A DNA stretch of 56,999 bases from an uncultured Bacilli bacterium (GCA_947628915.1 CANRBR010000001.1:1-56999), one strand, 5' to 3'. Positions 46,846 to 56,904 are shown, counted from the stretch's first letter. Program-made: numbers and translations. The notes: generated from the sequence alone by a model not told the origin.

Positions 46846-47812
46846 AATCATCACCTCGTTCAACATTAATTTTATCTAAAATATTATGATATTGCTTATC
46901 AAAAAAATTTACATTATAAATTAATTTTTCTTTATTGTTAATAAGAGTTTCATTTATATCTTTGTATTTTCCATCTTCTATAGTATTAATTAAATTATTA
47001 GGATATGAGATAATACCAATATCATCAAGTTCTTTTTTTAATTTGTCTTGATATAATTTTCCATAATAATCATTATCAAGAGATAGTATAAAAATCCCTT
47101 TATAGTCATATTCTTTTGATAAATTAATTAATCTATTTATATTAGTAGTACCATTAAGAGCTATAGTCTTAATAGTAGGTAAAATACTTTCTAAACTTAA
47201 ACTATCAATTATACTTTCTGTTACATATATAATGGAATTTTTATCGCTGTATTTGATTAAATCTTCATTGAAAAGATAACTTATTCCTTTAGATTTATAT
47301 TTTTCATTGGAAGTAGTAGAACGTGCAAAATAACTATTTTCATTTAATGGGAAGATAATTAATTTTCTATTATCATCAAATCCAATTTTATATTTAGTTA
47401 TTATATCTTCTTTAATACCACGATTTGCTAAATAATTACTATGTGATATGTTGCTATAACAGTAATTAAAATATTTAGAAAAATTTTTAATAGTATATTC
47501 ATCATCTTTAATATTAATTAGTGGTGTTATTTTATTTAATTCATTAAAAATTTCTAATAACTTGTTATGCTTATCTTTAAAATTTTTAATATCATAATCT
47601 AACTCAACTAAATCATATATATCATATCTAACACCACAAGCAAAACACTTGCAAATTTTATATTGTGAACTGTAGGACATACTAGGGTGTTTGTCAGTAT
47701 GATTTGGATTTAAACATTGAAAGTGTTTTTTAATGTTTGTAATGTTGTGTTGTATATATAAATATTCTGGTAGCATACCTTTAAATTTTTCAATTTCTTC
47801 TTCTGGTATCAT
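46832..47812 (-). CDS. DnaG-like DNA primase (CHC2 zinc finger + Toprim)
   Basis: CLNPNHTDKHPSMSYSSQYKICKCFACGVRYDIYD (CHC2 finger), YVTESIIDSLS (Toprim Glu) and LSLDNDYYG (DxD). Confidence 0.75.
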   Translation of the reverse strand: MIPEEEIEKFKGMLPEYLYIQHNITNIKKHFQCLNPNHTDKHPSMSYSSQYKICKCFACGVRYDIYDLVELDYDIKNFKDKHNKLLEIFNELNKITPLINIKDDEYTIKNFSKYFNYCYSNISHSNYLANRGIKEDIITKYKIGFDDNRKLIIFPLNENSYFARSTTSNEKYKSKGISYLFNEDLIKYSDKNSIIYVTESIIDSLSLESILPTIKTIALNGTTNINRLINLSKEYDYKGIFILSLDNDYYGKLYQDKLKKELDDIGIISYPNNLINTIEDGKYKDINETLINNKEKLIYNVNFFDKQYHNILDKINVERGDDYELG

Positions 47813-48072
47813 TATTTTACCTTTTTAGAATTTTCAGCTTGAAAAGAAAAGATTTTATTTATTTCATCTATAAAATATTGATTAGCAACAATTTTAGATT
47901 TATATAAAGATTTTAAAACTACATCTGTTTCTTTCTTAATTTTGTCATTTAATTTTTTAATCTCTTTATCCAGTTCTTTTAATTTTAATTGTAAAGTTAT
48001 TCTTTCATTTTCATAAGTAGAAAGTTTAGAATTTATGTTTTGAAATTCATTAATTATTTTATCTGTGTTCAT
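47812..48072 (-). CDS. Hypothetical coiled-coil protein (86 aa)
   Basis: RBS aaggag. Its stop overlaps the primase start (TAATG). Confidence 0.45.
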   Translation of the reverse strand: MNTDKIINEFQNINSKLSTYENERITLQLKLKELDKEIKKLNDKIKKETDVVLKSLYKSKIVANQYFIDEINKIFSFQAENSKKVK

Positions 48073-48075
48073 AAA

Positions 48076-48477
48076 TTATTTTCTCCTTACTATACTTTTA
48101 TGTATTAAATTTTTAAAATGAAATTTTGGCTTGTTAGCTTTATCAATTTCTTTTTGTTTTTGTTTTTTTAGAACTATAATTATTTCTTCACCTGTATCGT
48201 TTTCATATTCTAAATCATTAATAGATTCTGTTATAATTTCAATAACTTTATCGTGATAAGTTTTTTGATTTAGAATTTCTTTTAATTCTTTAATGCAATT
48301 ATTATTATAAAAAATGTTATATTCCATATTTTCTAAAGATTCATCTAGTTCTTCGCCTTTAAGGTGAGAGTAGTGTTCATAAAGAAATGGATTTAATGTA
48401 CTACCATCTCTATCATCAAATAATTTTGATAATTTTTTATCTATCCTTTCAATAAAATCTTCATATTTTTTAAACAT
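48076..48477 (-). CDS. Hypothetical protein (about 133 aa)
   Basis: Start moved to the ATG at 48477, after aaaggatga. It overlaps the HTH gene stop. Confidence 0.45.
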   Translation of the reverse strand: MFKKYEDFIERIDKKLSKLFDDRDGSTLNPFLYEHYSHLKGEELDESLENMEYNIFYNNNCIKELKEILNQKTYHDKVIEIITESINDLEYENDTGEEIIIVLKKQKQKEIDKANKPKFHFKNLIHKSIVRRK

Positions 48478-48793
48478 ATTTATCATCCTTTCTTTCTTTT
48501 TTATTTTCATATCTTAAACGGAATACTAATTCAAAGTATCCAGCAAGTATTAATAGTTTTACTAAATCTATTTTTAATACAGATGAAAGTCTAACTAAAG
48601 TGTTAGGATTTATTGTTTTTGTTTTTCCAGATTCTATAAAAAAAAGGGTTTTATGATTAATCCCACAAAGTGATGATAGCTCCCTTAAAGACAAATCTTT
48701 ATCTAATCTAGCTTTTTTTATTTCATTACCTAACTTTATTAAATTGTCTTGTTCAATACTATTAAGAGATTTCAAGATTATTGCTCCTTTCAT
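48470..48793 (-). CDS. XRE-family HTH transcriptional regulator
   Basis: LGNEIKKARLDKDLSLRELSSLCGINHKTLFFIESGK. An alternative TTG start at 48775 lies 8 nt after aaggag. Confidence 0.7.
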   Translation of the reverse strand: MKGAIILKSLNSIEQDNLIKLGNEIKKARLDKDLSLRELSSLCGINHKTLFFIESGKTKTINPNTLVRLSSVLKIDLVKLLILAGYFELVFRLRYENKKERKDDKYV

Positions 48794-49265
48794 TATTAGG
48801 AATATCTTTTTTTATTTCTTCCGTTTTATAAAATTTTAATATGTTTTCTAAAGAATCTCCAATAAGAAAATAATTCTTATCTTTATTGTCATTATACATT
48901 TCTAAAGCAAAATTATCTTTCATAAAGTTATCCATTTTTCTACATATCTCAAAATTTTCTTGATCTGGGCGAGAGTAACGGAAGCATTTACCCCTTTCTA
49001 AAAAGCAAATAATATATTTAGATATATAGCCATTATCCCATAAGTCTTTACCACGTTTCCAAATCTTTTTATAATTTTCTTCATTTAGATCCATAATAAT
49101 AGCTTCACACTTATTATCTTCATTGACACCCTCTAAAGTAATTCCTACTAATTGCATAGAGTTAGTAGGAATAATCCTATCTTTATCATTTATATATAAT
49201 CCTAAATTTTCTAAATATTTTTTTTGATGGTGTTCTTTAATATTTATAATTTCATCTGGGAACAT
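48762..49265 (-). CDS. Hypothetical protein; the reading frame stays open upstream to 49445 and there encodes a zinc ribbon
   Basis: 167 aa from the first ATG. The same frame is open for 60 more codons, containing CESC...CNKC, with ggaggtg 7 nt before an in-frame ATC at 49445. Confidence 0.5.
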   Translation of the reverse strand: MFPDEIINIKEHHQKKYLENLGLYINDKDRIIPTNSMQLVGITLEGVNEDNKCEAIIMDLNEENYKKIWKRGKDLWDNGYISKYIICFLERGKCFRYSRPDQENFEICRKMDNFMKDNFALEMYNDNKDKNYFLIGDSLENILKFYKTEEIKKDIPNNERSNNLEIS

Positions 49266-49458
49266 ATATAATCCACACTTATTACACTCATCAACTTCTT
49301 CAATTTCATTATCATCATAAAAATCTTCAAAATCTTTTTTAGTTAATTTTTCAGAATTTGGAAAATCATCTATACGTATAAATTCATTATCACAGCTTTC
49401 ACATTTTACATTTAATTTTACAGAATAAAAATATTTATCTTTGATATTTCAACACCTC

Positions 49459-49977
49459 CTATAAAGATATATCTAAATTATTTTCATTATTGATTAATTT
49501 AGAGTATTCTTGATTAAAAATTTCTATATATTTGTCTTTTTGATTCAAATTACTATCTGATAAACTTTCTAAAAAATTTCTTTCTAATTTGCTACGATAA
49601 TCAATATATTTTGTTTTATTTTGATAATTATTATTTACTAAAACAGGTACCTCTAAATAAGAGCCTTTACAAATTTCATACTTCCATTTACCAAATGCTT
49701 TAGATTCATAATAATTTATATAATCTCTAAAATCCATAAATTCTAATCGACCAACATCATCATCATAGTCATCAACTAAACTATCTGTATTTAAAAGTTT
49801 TTCTAAACATTGATATTCTAAAATATCAAATAAATCCCATCTATTACTTGGATCATTAGATTCATTTTCTATTTCAGGAGCTTTGTCCTTAAAATCTTTT
49901 ATTTTTTTGAAAATATCTCTAACTTGACTATCAGTTAAGTTTTGTATTTTTTCTTTCAAATAATCACGACCTTTCAA
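49459..49977 (-). CDS. Hypothetical acidic protein (172 aa)
   Basis: TTG start overlapping the M23 gene stop (TTGA). No motif recognised. Confidence 0.45.
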   Translation of the reverse strand: MKGRDYLKEKIQNLTDSQVRDIFKKIKDFKDKAPEIENESNDPSNRWDLFDILEYQCLEKLLNTDSLVDDYDDDVGRLEFMDFRDYINYYESKAFGKWKYEICKGSYLEVPVLVNNNYQNKTKYIDYRSKLERNFLESLSDSNLNQKDKYIEIFNQEYSKLINNENNLDISL

Positions 49978-50951
49978 TCTTTGTAAATAGAATTTTCTGT
50001 AAAATCAATAAAATAAAAAGCATCTAAACGTATGCCAGAATCACTATTAATTTCTAAATGTAAATGATTACCTGTACTTTGTCCTGTAGTTCCAACTTTA
50101 GCAATAAATTCTCCTTTGGATACAAAATTACCCATAACCATATTTTCACTTGCACTATTAGGGTAGAGATGTGCATAGGTAACAATATCATTTGTACTCG
50201 AACATTGAATTTTAATTATATTTCCAACTTTATTTTTAGGCTCTGTTTGTTCATCAAATGTAATATTTTCATCTTGTGTGAAATTTACACTTGTAACTGT
50301 TCCATCACAAATAGAGTAAACATTAGTTTCAGCACTTGAGCTTAAATCCCAACCAGAGTGAAAATTTACACTTTCTTGTTCTTCATCAGATAAACCTAAA
50401 TCAATATCTCTTTTTTCATTAACCATTGAAGTAATGCTAGAAAGAGTATCGTGTTTTAAAGGAAATATATAAGGTAAATTCATATATGTATTAGTGTATA
50501 TTAAATTATGTTCGGCTATATAATCAGGATTACATAAATCGACAAAATTTTCATCATTAAAATCACTATCTACTTTTTCACACATATCGGAAGTAGGTAT
50601 CATTTGTTTTTCATCTTCATCAATATTTTCAATATATGCTTTTTCCCAAATGTCATCTGATAAGGTATTTGGATCAGCTATATTGTTAGTAGCTTGTAAA
50701 TACCAAACAAGTCTTTCCATTGATACGTAACCATAGTCAAATAGTAATTTATTTAATGTACTTCTATACTTTTCAGCATATAAATCGTTGTTTTCTAAAT
50801 AGCTTTGTTTTTTTAATATAACAGATGTTTGAGCGACAGAATCATTTCCAATAGTATATCCCATTATAGCAAGGATACATATTATTAGAAAAAAGAAAAA
50901 AGAGAGAAAAAGTAGTACGACAAAGATTTTAGCTTTTAGTAATTTCTTCAT
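49974..50951 (-). CDS. Membrane-anchored M23-family peptidoglycan hydrolase (T4SS wall-remodelling enzyme)
   Basis: N-terminal TM; M23 motifs HSGWDL (HxxxD) and GNHLHLE (HxH). Confidence 0.75.
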   Translation of the reverse strand: MKKLLKAKIFVVLLFLSFFFFLIICILAIMGYTIGNDSVAQTSVILKKQSYLENNDLYAEKYRSTLNKLLFDYGYVSMERLVWYLQATNNIADPNTLSDDIWEKAYIENIDEDEKQMIPTSDMCEKVDSDFNDENFVDLCNPDYIAEHNLIYTNTYMNLPYIFPLKHDTLSSITSMVNEKRDIDLGLSDEEQESVNFHSGWDLSSSAETNVYSICDGTVTSVNFTQDENITFDEQTEPKNKVGNIIKIQCSSTNDIVTYAHLYPNSASENMVMGNFVSKGEFIAKVGTTGQSTGNHLHLEINSDSGIRLDAFYFIDFTENSIYKD

Positions 50952-53424
50952 TTTCTCTCAATTCTTCTAAATCTTCATCACCCATATAATATCGTTCAAG
51001 TGGTGTAGCAAACACACTAACACGAAGTCTTTTCTTATTAGTTATATTTAAAAGAAAATCACCGAGTTTAGCTTTGTTTAAAAATGATTTTTGTGTTTCA
51101 GTTAAAGGGTTATTTTGATATATTTGTTCTACAGCTTGTAAATCATTATCTTTAAGCATACCACATAGTTGATATTGACAGTTATTGAATATAGCAGTAG
51201 CATTTTTTAGTTTGTTATTAGAAGAAACTAAATCTTGTGGGCTTTGTGTAGAAACTAATAAACTAGAGTTATATTTTCTTAATCTTCTACTCATTTGATC
51301 TAAATATTTAATAGTTGCTGGGTTATCATCATTAATAAAGTTATGAAATTCATCTACAACAATTATAGTAGGTTGCTGTTTAGTATCTAAATTAATATCA
51401 TTTTTACCGACTATTTCATTATTTAAAAATGTAATTAAATTAAGTATTTGAGCATTACTAACTCTTTTATTATCACTAGACACCAAACTTTTAAAATTAA
51501 AGCACATTAATTGACTGTCAAGTGATATAGTTGTATGCCCATTAAAAATAGTATCTTGACCTATTACAAACCTTTTAAGTAATATTTCAAGACTTTTAAT
51601 TATATTTAATTCTTCTTTATCTTTTATATTTTTTTTGTATTCATCTAAAAAAATATATAAATCAGAGAATATGGGATAATCTTGATTACTTAATTGTTGA
51701 TATTCTTTTAGAGTAGTATTTTTATTAATACCTCTAGTGTTATACAGTTTTTCTGTCATATCCAATAAGACTACTTTTTCTTTTTCTTTGATTTCTTCAA
51801 AAATACTGTCGTAAAAAGCCTCTAAAAAACCTAAATGTCGATTTAGAATTGAGTTTTCATCTTCTTCATCATCTGGGAGAAAACGTACTTGTAATGGGTT
51901 AATTAAAACTTTATTAGCAAGATTTATATATTCGCCACCATACCTTTTTACCAGTTTTTTAAACTCATTTTCTACATCCCAAATAAATACTTTAGTACCT
52001 CTCAATAATTCATTTAAAATTATTTTTTTTAATAAGAAAGATTTACCACTACCTGTAGTTCCAACTACAGCAACATTAAAACTTGTTCGCTTTTCATTAT
52101 CTTTAAAAAAAATATCCCACATAATTGGAAGTCCATAGTGTGAATCTTCGCCAATTAAATAGCCACAGGGATCATTATGATTACACATTGTAAAAACAAA
52201 ACCACTCGCTAATGTTAAAGTTGGAAGATACATAGCATAATCCTTAACACTATATGAAGTTATATCATAACTTTGCCATAGTTGTAGTTGCCTTAATTTA
52301 GGTATATCTACTTTTATAGAGTAGGGATTAGCATTTGTACGTATAAGTTTAAGTGTTTCCTCACGTTCTTTTTTAGTACCTTTAATAGCTAAAACTATCA
52401 TAACTTCTTTAATTTTTTCATCGTTGTTAGATAATTGCTCGATTAGTAGGCGATAGTTTTCTAGGGTATTTTTTAATGTGTTAATATCAGCCACATTTTT
52501 AGTTGAATTATAATCAGCCAATAAAGATTTATAACTTGAATTTAAAACATTTATAATTTTTTCTTTATCTATAGCTTCTTTAATTGTAAAACTTACATTT
52601 ACATTTGGAAGATTTACTATAGAATCTAAAAAATTTTTTTCAATAAAAGGTGGATAACTCTTAATAGCTACTAATTGTATGTTTTTATCATCTACTTTTA
52701 AAAAGGATGCTTGTTCTTCTAATTTTAAAGGTACAAGTAAATCTACTAAATCATAATACATTAAATGATCTAAAGTAGTATTGCAAAAATATATATTAGA
52801 TAGAATTTTATATAGTTCTTTTTGATTATCTATTTGTGATACATACAACTTTGGTGTAGTATTAAAACATAAGTTTTCAAATTCATTTATAGATTTTTTT
52901 AACTCATCTTTTGTCTTGCAAATGATAGCAAAGAAATATGAACTAGAGTATGTTACTTTTTCCTCTTCTATGAAGTTTATAAAATCCAAATTACTTTTTA
53001 GAACTTCTTTTTGAATTTCATTTGTAGCATTTTTAATTAATTTATCATAATATTGTTTATTAGCATTAAGATTTATTTTTTCATCATATTTATAAGCCTT
53101 AATTACAACTTTTAATTTATAGAGTTGTGATAAAGTATAATAAAATAAATCTTGTTCATCTTTGTTTGTTAATGATAAATCAATAGGAATAACACTAAAG
53201 AATTTAGCATACATATTGTCTTTTAAGTATAAAATACCATTTTCTATTTTTTTTACATTTGTAAATACACTAGAGTTTGATATTTTCTTTTTTAACATAT
53301 CAGCTTTAATGTATTGCTGTTCTTTAGAATAAGCCTTATTAATTATTTTCTTTTCTTTCTTCATTATTTTTTCTTTTTTTGATTTTTTCGATATATGAAT
53401 TATATTGATCCCTCCTAACTTCAT
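50929..53424 (-). CDS. VirB4-family conjugation ATPase
   Basis: Walker A VGTTGSGKS, Walker B IIVVDEFHNF, about 810-830 aa. The start is uncertain (ATGs at 53424 and 53364); the ORF overlaps the PrgI-like gene. Confidence 0.85.
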   Translation of the reverse strand: MKLGGINIIHISKKSKKEKIMKKEKKIINKAYSKEQQYIKADMLKKKISNSSVFTNVKKIENGILYLKDNMYAKFFSVIPIDLSLTNKDEQDLFYYTLSQLYKLKVVIKAYKYDEKINLNANKQYYDKLIKNATNEIQKEVLKSNLDFINFIEEEKVTYSSSYFFAIICKTKDELKKSINEFENLCFNTTPKLYVSQIDNQKELYKILSNIYFCNTTLDHLMYYDLVDLLVPLKLEEQASFLKVDDKNIQLVAIKSYPPFIEKNFLDSIVNLPNVNVSFTIKEAIDKEKIINVLNSSYKSLLADYNSTKNVADINTLKNTLENYRLLIEQLSNNDEKIKEVMIVLAIKGTKKEREETLKLIRTNANPYSIKVDIPKLRQLQLWQSYDITSYSVKDYAMYLPTLTLASGFVFTMCNHNDPCGYLIGEDSHYGLPIMWDIFFKDNEKRTSFNVAVVGTTGSGKSFLLKKIILNELLRGTKVFIWDVENEFKKLVKRYGGEYINLANKVLINPLQVRFLPDDEEDENSILNRHLGFLEAFYDSIFEEIKEKEKVVLLDMTEKLYNTRGINKNTTLKEYQQLSNQDYPIFSDLYIFLDEYKKNIKDKEELNIIKSLEILLKRFVIGQDTIFNGHTTISLDSQLMCFNFKSLVSSDNKRVSNAQILNLITFLNNEIVGKNDINLDTKQQPTIIVVDEFHNFINDDNPATIKYLDQMSRRLRKYNSSLLVSTQSPQDLVSSNNKLKNATAIFNNCQYQLCGMLKDNDLQAVEQIYQNNPLTETQKSFLNKAKLGDFLLNITNKKRLRVSVFATPLERYYMGDEDLEELRENEEITKS

Positions 53425-53692
53425 TATCTTCTAAATGATAATAAAAATTTTTTTTCTTGAATAAAAATTTTCCAACTAATAATATTAATTTGTAAATACG
53501 ATTCTGTTGACTAAATGATACAGGTATAAGTAAAAATACACCACTAATAATAGTAATAATTGCTGTTTGAATAAATCCTAAAGAAAAAAGTATTATAAAA
53601 GCTAGTGCGAATACACTAGCTAATACAATATCTTTAACTTCAAGATTAAATAATCCCAAATTTCTTTTGGTAGTTTGAAGTGTTATATACAT
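53339..53692 (-). CDS. PrgI/TcpE-like small T4SS membrane protein
   Basis: Two TM helices, and it sits directly upstream of virB4, as in Gram-positive T4SS loci. Confidence 0.55.
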   Translation of the reverse strand: MYITLQTTKRNLGLFNLEVKDIVLASVFALAFIILFSLGFIQTAIITIISGVFLLIPVSFSQQNRIYKLILLVGKFLFKKKNFYYHLEDNEVRRDQYNSYIEKIKKRKNNEERKENN

Positions 53693-53705
53693 AAAAAAAT
53701 CCTTT

Positions 53706-55331
53706 CTATAATTTATCACCATCATTTTTGAAACTATGTATTGGTACTTTTCTTGCTGAATTTAAACTAGAGTAATAACCACGACCAGTAAAACTATGAG
53801 CTATGTTACTAAATCCAGCACGAGCATTATTAAATCCCTCTTTGAAATATCCACTTCTAACTTTTTCATTATCAAAATCCCATTTGTTTTTTAGTGAATC
53901 CATTTTTTTATTTCCAGAGTATTCTTGATACATACCATAAAGTTTAGAAGCCATATTACCAGATTTCTGTCTTTCTTGTCCTTTGGATGCTTTACTTTGT
54001 GCTTTATTCATTTTATCAGCCATAGATTTAGCTGTACGACTGTGCATACTACCATTAGACATACCAGCCATACCAAATCTCATAGCATTACCCATTTGAG
54101 CAACACCTTTTCCAAGCTGTTTACCACCTTTAATAGCTCCATAAGTAGCAACACCACCACCAACAATACCACCTAATAATCCTTTCATAGCCATCATTGA
54201 ATCACGACCAGAATTTGCAGATACATTTTCACCAATAAAACGGTTTAAAGCAGTAGAGCCTGTTAAAAGCATCATAGCACACCCAATATATAATACAGAC
54301 TGTGATACAATTTTTGTAAAGTAAGGAAGTGCATTAATTTCTTTTGAATTTTGAATAGCATTAAACATAATAGCTGTTAATCCAATAAGTAGTAGTAATG
54401 CACCAGCTTGTAACACTAAACTTACTAACTGTTGGTATAAAGCAGATCGTTGTTCTTTACGACCTATAGAAGTTGCAAATACAATAGGTGCGATTATCAT
54501 TAAGAAAGAAATTTCTAATTGCCTACGACCTAACATAATTACACTAAAAGCTATAGCGACAACAAATATAGCTCCGATTAAGATTCCAAATATCCAATTA
54601 TAATTAAAAAAATAATCTTCGCCATCGTTCCAAAGTCCAGCCTTATAAATATTGCACGTTAGATTAAATGCTCCTGAATCTGAAATGTTGGTAGCTGTTA
54701 AAGTACCACCTCTTATTAAAGGTGAAAAATCTTCAACAGTAGTAACAGAACTTGGAATAGATACATAACCCTCTAATTTTTCCTTTAATTTTTTAACATT
54801 ATCTTTATCAGTTTTATCTATGTCTTTATGATAATTATAATTACCAGAGTTATAATAACAACTTTCATTAATAGTTAAAAATGATGTTTTCATAGTATCA
54901 CCAATACTAGCATTATTATTAGAAAAAGTATTATATATAGCACTTGATAAATCAATACTAATATTTATACTTTGAGTAAATATTAGTGATACAAGAAAAA
55001 TGAGAACACCACATTTACAAATCTCTTTAACAAGAGAAGATAAAGGTTGTTCTTGTTCATCAGCATCAAATATTCTAAAGGTAATTTTCCAAATAGAAAA
55101 TAAAAAGAGTAGAGCAAAAGCTACAATTATAAAACTATTAAATATTTTAGTAAAGGGGGAATTTTCTACATTTTTTAATAGTTCAATAAAATTTATACTG
55201 TTTATTTTGTATGCTACATCATATAATACATCTATAGTAGAGTATATAATATTTACTACTCCTATACCTAAAGAACGTAGAATATCCAACACACCAAATT
55301 TGATGTCATTGCCAATACTTAAAATAAACAT
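53706..55331 (-). CDS. VirB6/TrbL-like polytopic T4SS membrane protein
   Basis: At least 6 TM segments and a Gly/Met-rich C-terminal tail. 541 aa. RBS agagga. Confidence 0.6.
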   Translation of the reverse strand: MFILSIGNDIKFGVLDILRSLGIGVVNIIYSTIDVLYDVAYKINSINFIELLKNVENSPFTKIFNSFIIVAFALLFLFSIWKITFRIFDADEQEQPLSSLVKEICKCGVLIFLVSLIFTQSINISIDLSSAIYNTFSNNNASIGDTMKTSFLTINESCYYNSGNYNYHKDIDKTDKDNVKKLKEKLEGYVSIPSSVTTVEDFSPLIRGGTLTATNISDSGAFNLTCNIYKAGLWNDGEDYFFNYNWIFGILIGAIFVVAIAFSVIMLGRRQLEISFLMIIAPIVFATSIGRKEQRSALYQQLVSLVLQAGALLLLIGLTAIMFNAIQNSKEINALPYFTKIVSQSVLYIGCAMMLLTGSTALNRFIGENVSANSGRDSMMAMKGLLGGIVGGGVATYGAIKGGKQLGKGVAQMGNAMRFGMAGMSNGSMHSRTAKSMADKMNKAQSKASKGQERQKSGNMASKLYGMYQEYSGNKKMDSLKNKWDFDNEKVRSGYFKEGFNNARAGFSNIAHSFTGRGYYSSLNSARKVPIHSFKNDGDKL

Positions 55332-55343
55332 ATTTTTCCTCTA

Positions 55344-55793
55344 TTAGTCAAGAGTTTTAATTATTATGTTTATTAATGATGGGATTAAAATTAATAGAGC
55401 TACACCACCAAGTGTATAAATAATAGTTTTCTTCTTTCTTTGTTTAGTTTCATCATCACCAATAATGAACTGTATAACAAAAACTACCATTGCAATAAAA
55501 GAGAGTATAATACCAAAAACTTGAATTTGTCTAGCCAAGTTTTGAATTATTTTACCTAGTGAATCAATAGTAATAGATCCACCCTCAATTTCTTCTACAG
55601 CAAATACTGAATTTGTTAAACAAAAAAAAGAGAAAAGAATAGTAGATAATACTAATTTCTTTTCTCTGAAAAATGAAAATATTTTATTTTTGTGGTATAA
55701 TGGTAACAGCTCATTGTTATTAGTGAGTGATTTACGGTTAAGTAGTTGATGTTTGGCGACAGACACTACTTGATCCTTTTTTTTGTAAATCAA
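55344..55793 (-). CDS. VirB2/TrbC-like small membrane protein
   Basis: Internal signal-like segment LSTILFSFFCLTNSVFA followed by a two-TM hairpin. Its ATG overlaps the upstream stop. Confidence 0.45.
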   Translation of the reverse strand: MIYKKKDQVVSVAKHQLLNRKSLTNNNELLPLYHKNKIFSFFREKKLVLSTILFSFFCLTNSVFAVEEIEGGSITIDSLGKIIQNLARQIQVFGIILSFIAMVVFVIQFIIGDDETKQRKKKTIIYTLGGVALLILIPSLINIIIKTLD

Positions 55794-56386
55794 TTTATCA
55801 TCTCCATTTCTAAATTATTACTTTTATATAGTTTTAAAAAATCTTTTATGTTATTTACAGCAATTTTATTATTTTCTTTTTCATATTGTGGAAGTAAATT
55901 GTTTTCTATATCATTTAATAAACCGTTGTTTCCAAATTTATAAATACCAGAAAATAAAGGGGTATTACTGTTCTTTTCTACAACTATATAAGCTATACCA
56001 TTTACTTGATTCTCAATAGGATTATCTATTTTAAAGTCATCATTTTCAATAGTAAGTTTATCAATAGTTTCAATAGAATATCTACCACTTGGTATTTTTT
56101 CATTTGGCGATGTATTTACGATTATATTTATATCATAATCTTGCATTTCTACCTCCTTATAAAATTTAAAATTTAAATTCTCTATATCTTCATTACTATA
56201 GTTTAAATAATCAATTTTTCCATTTCCATTATTATTTGAAATAAAAGTTAGTATTTTATCATTATCTAACATATATAAGATAAGATCGCCTTTATCATTT
56301 TGACCGAAATACTTAAATTCAATATTTAGCATATTATATAAATCTGTTAATTCTTTAAAAGAGTATGTTTTATTTTTATCTAGCAT
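55790..56386 (-). CDS. Hypothetical ICE protein (198 aa)
   Basis: Overlaps the ssb stop. No motif recognised. Confidence 0.5.
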   Translation of the reverse strand: MLDKNKTYSFKELTDLYNMLNIEFKYFGQNDKGDLILYMLDNDKILTFISNNNGNGKIDYLNYSNEDIENLNFKFYKEVEMQDYDINIIVNTSPNEKIPSGRYSIETIDKLTIENDDFKIDNPIENQVNGIAYIVVEKNSNTPLFSGIYKFGNNGLLNDIENNLLPQYEKENNKIAVNNIKDFLKLYKSNNLEMEMIN

Positions 56387-56748
56387 ATTTCTAAAGACTC
56401 TTCTTTACTATTAATTTGTTCTTTTTCTATATTTAGTGGGATAACTTTATCTACAACTAAATCTTTAGTATATATTTTATCACCCTTGTCATTTTTATAA
56501 GAGCCTGTTCTAGTATGAGCTTCAACTTCTATTTTTTGACCTTTGTCATATTCATTAGCTATTTTTTCAGCATCTTTCCATAACTTTAATTCTATGAAGT
56601 CAGCCTCAAATTTTCCGTTTTCATTTGAATAACTACGATTACAAGCAATAGTTAAGAGTGTATATTTTTTCTCATTACCTTTAAGTTCAGGCTTTTTTAC
56701 TAAATTACCTCTATAATGACTAAAATTAATATCTTTTTCTTGATTCAT
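56380..56748 (-). CDS. ssb: Single-stranded DNA-binding protein (OB fold, short)
   Basis: YRGNLVKKPELK...YTLLTIACNRSYSNENGKFEADFIELKLWKDAEKIA...GQKIEVEAHTRTGSYKNDKGDKIYTKDLVV. RBS aaagga. It lacks a Gly-rich linker and an acidic tip. Confidence 0.7.
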   Translation of the reverse strand: MNQEKDINFSHYRGNLVKKPELKGNEKKYTLLTIACNRSYSNENGKFEADFIELKLWKDAEKIANEYDKGQKIEVEAHTRTGSYKNDKGDKIYTKDLVVDKVIPLNIEKEQINSKEESLEIC

Positions 56749-56830
56749 AATATCATCCTTTCTATAAAATTATTTGCTAAATATTGTATATTAAATAATA
56801 ATGGATAGCACCACCTCCTTAAAATAGGGC

Positions 56831-56861
56831 AAAAAAAGACTATCAATTTTACTTGATAATC
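56831..56861 (-). terminator. Intrinsic terminator (minus strand)
   Basis: 9-bp stem gattatcaa/ttgatagtc with one mismatch. On the - strand ttttttt follows. Confidence 0.55.
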
Positions 56862-56904
56862 TTACTCATATAAATTGTAATTTTAATTATCTCTTCATTA
56901 TTAT

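Noticed and set aside
53925-55347. Plus-strand ORFs (83 aa and 115 aa) inside the VirB6-like gene
   Set aside because: They are antisense shadows within a long polytopic membrane gene, with His/Thr/Ser-rich or Ile/Leu-rich low complexity and no RBS.
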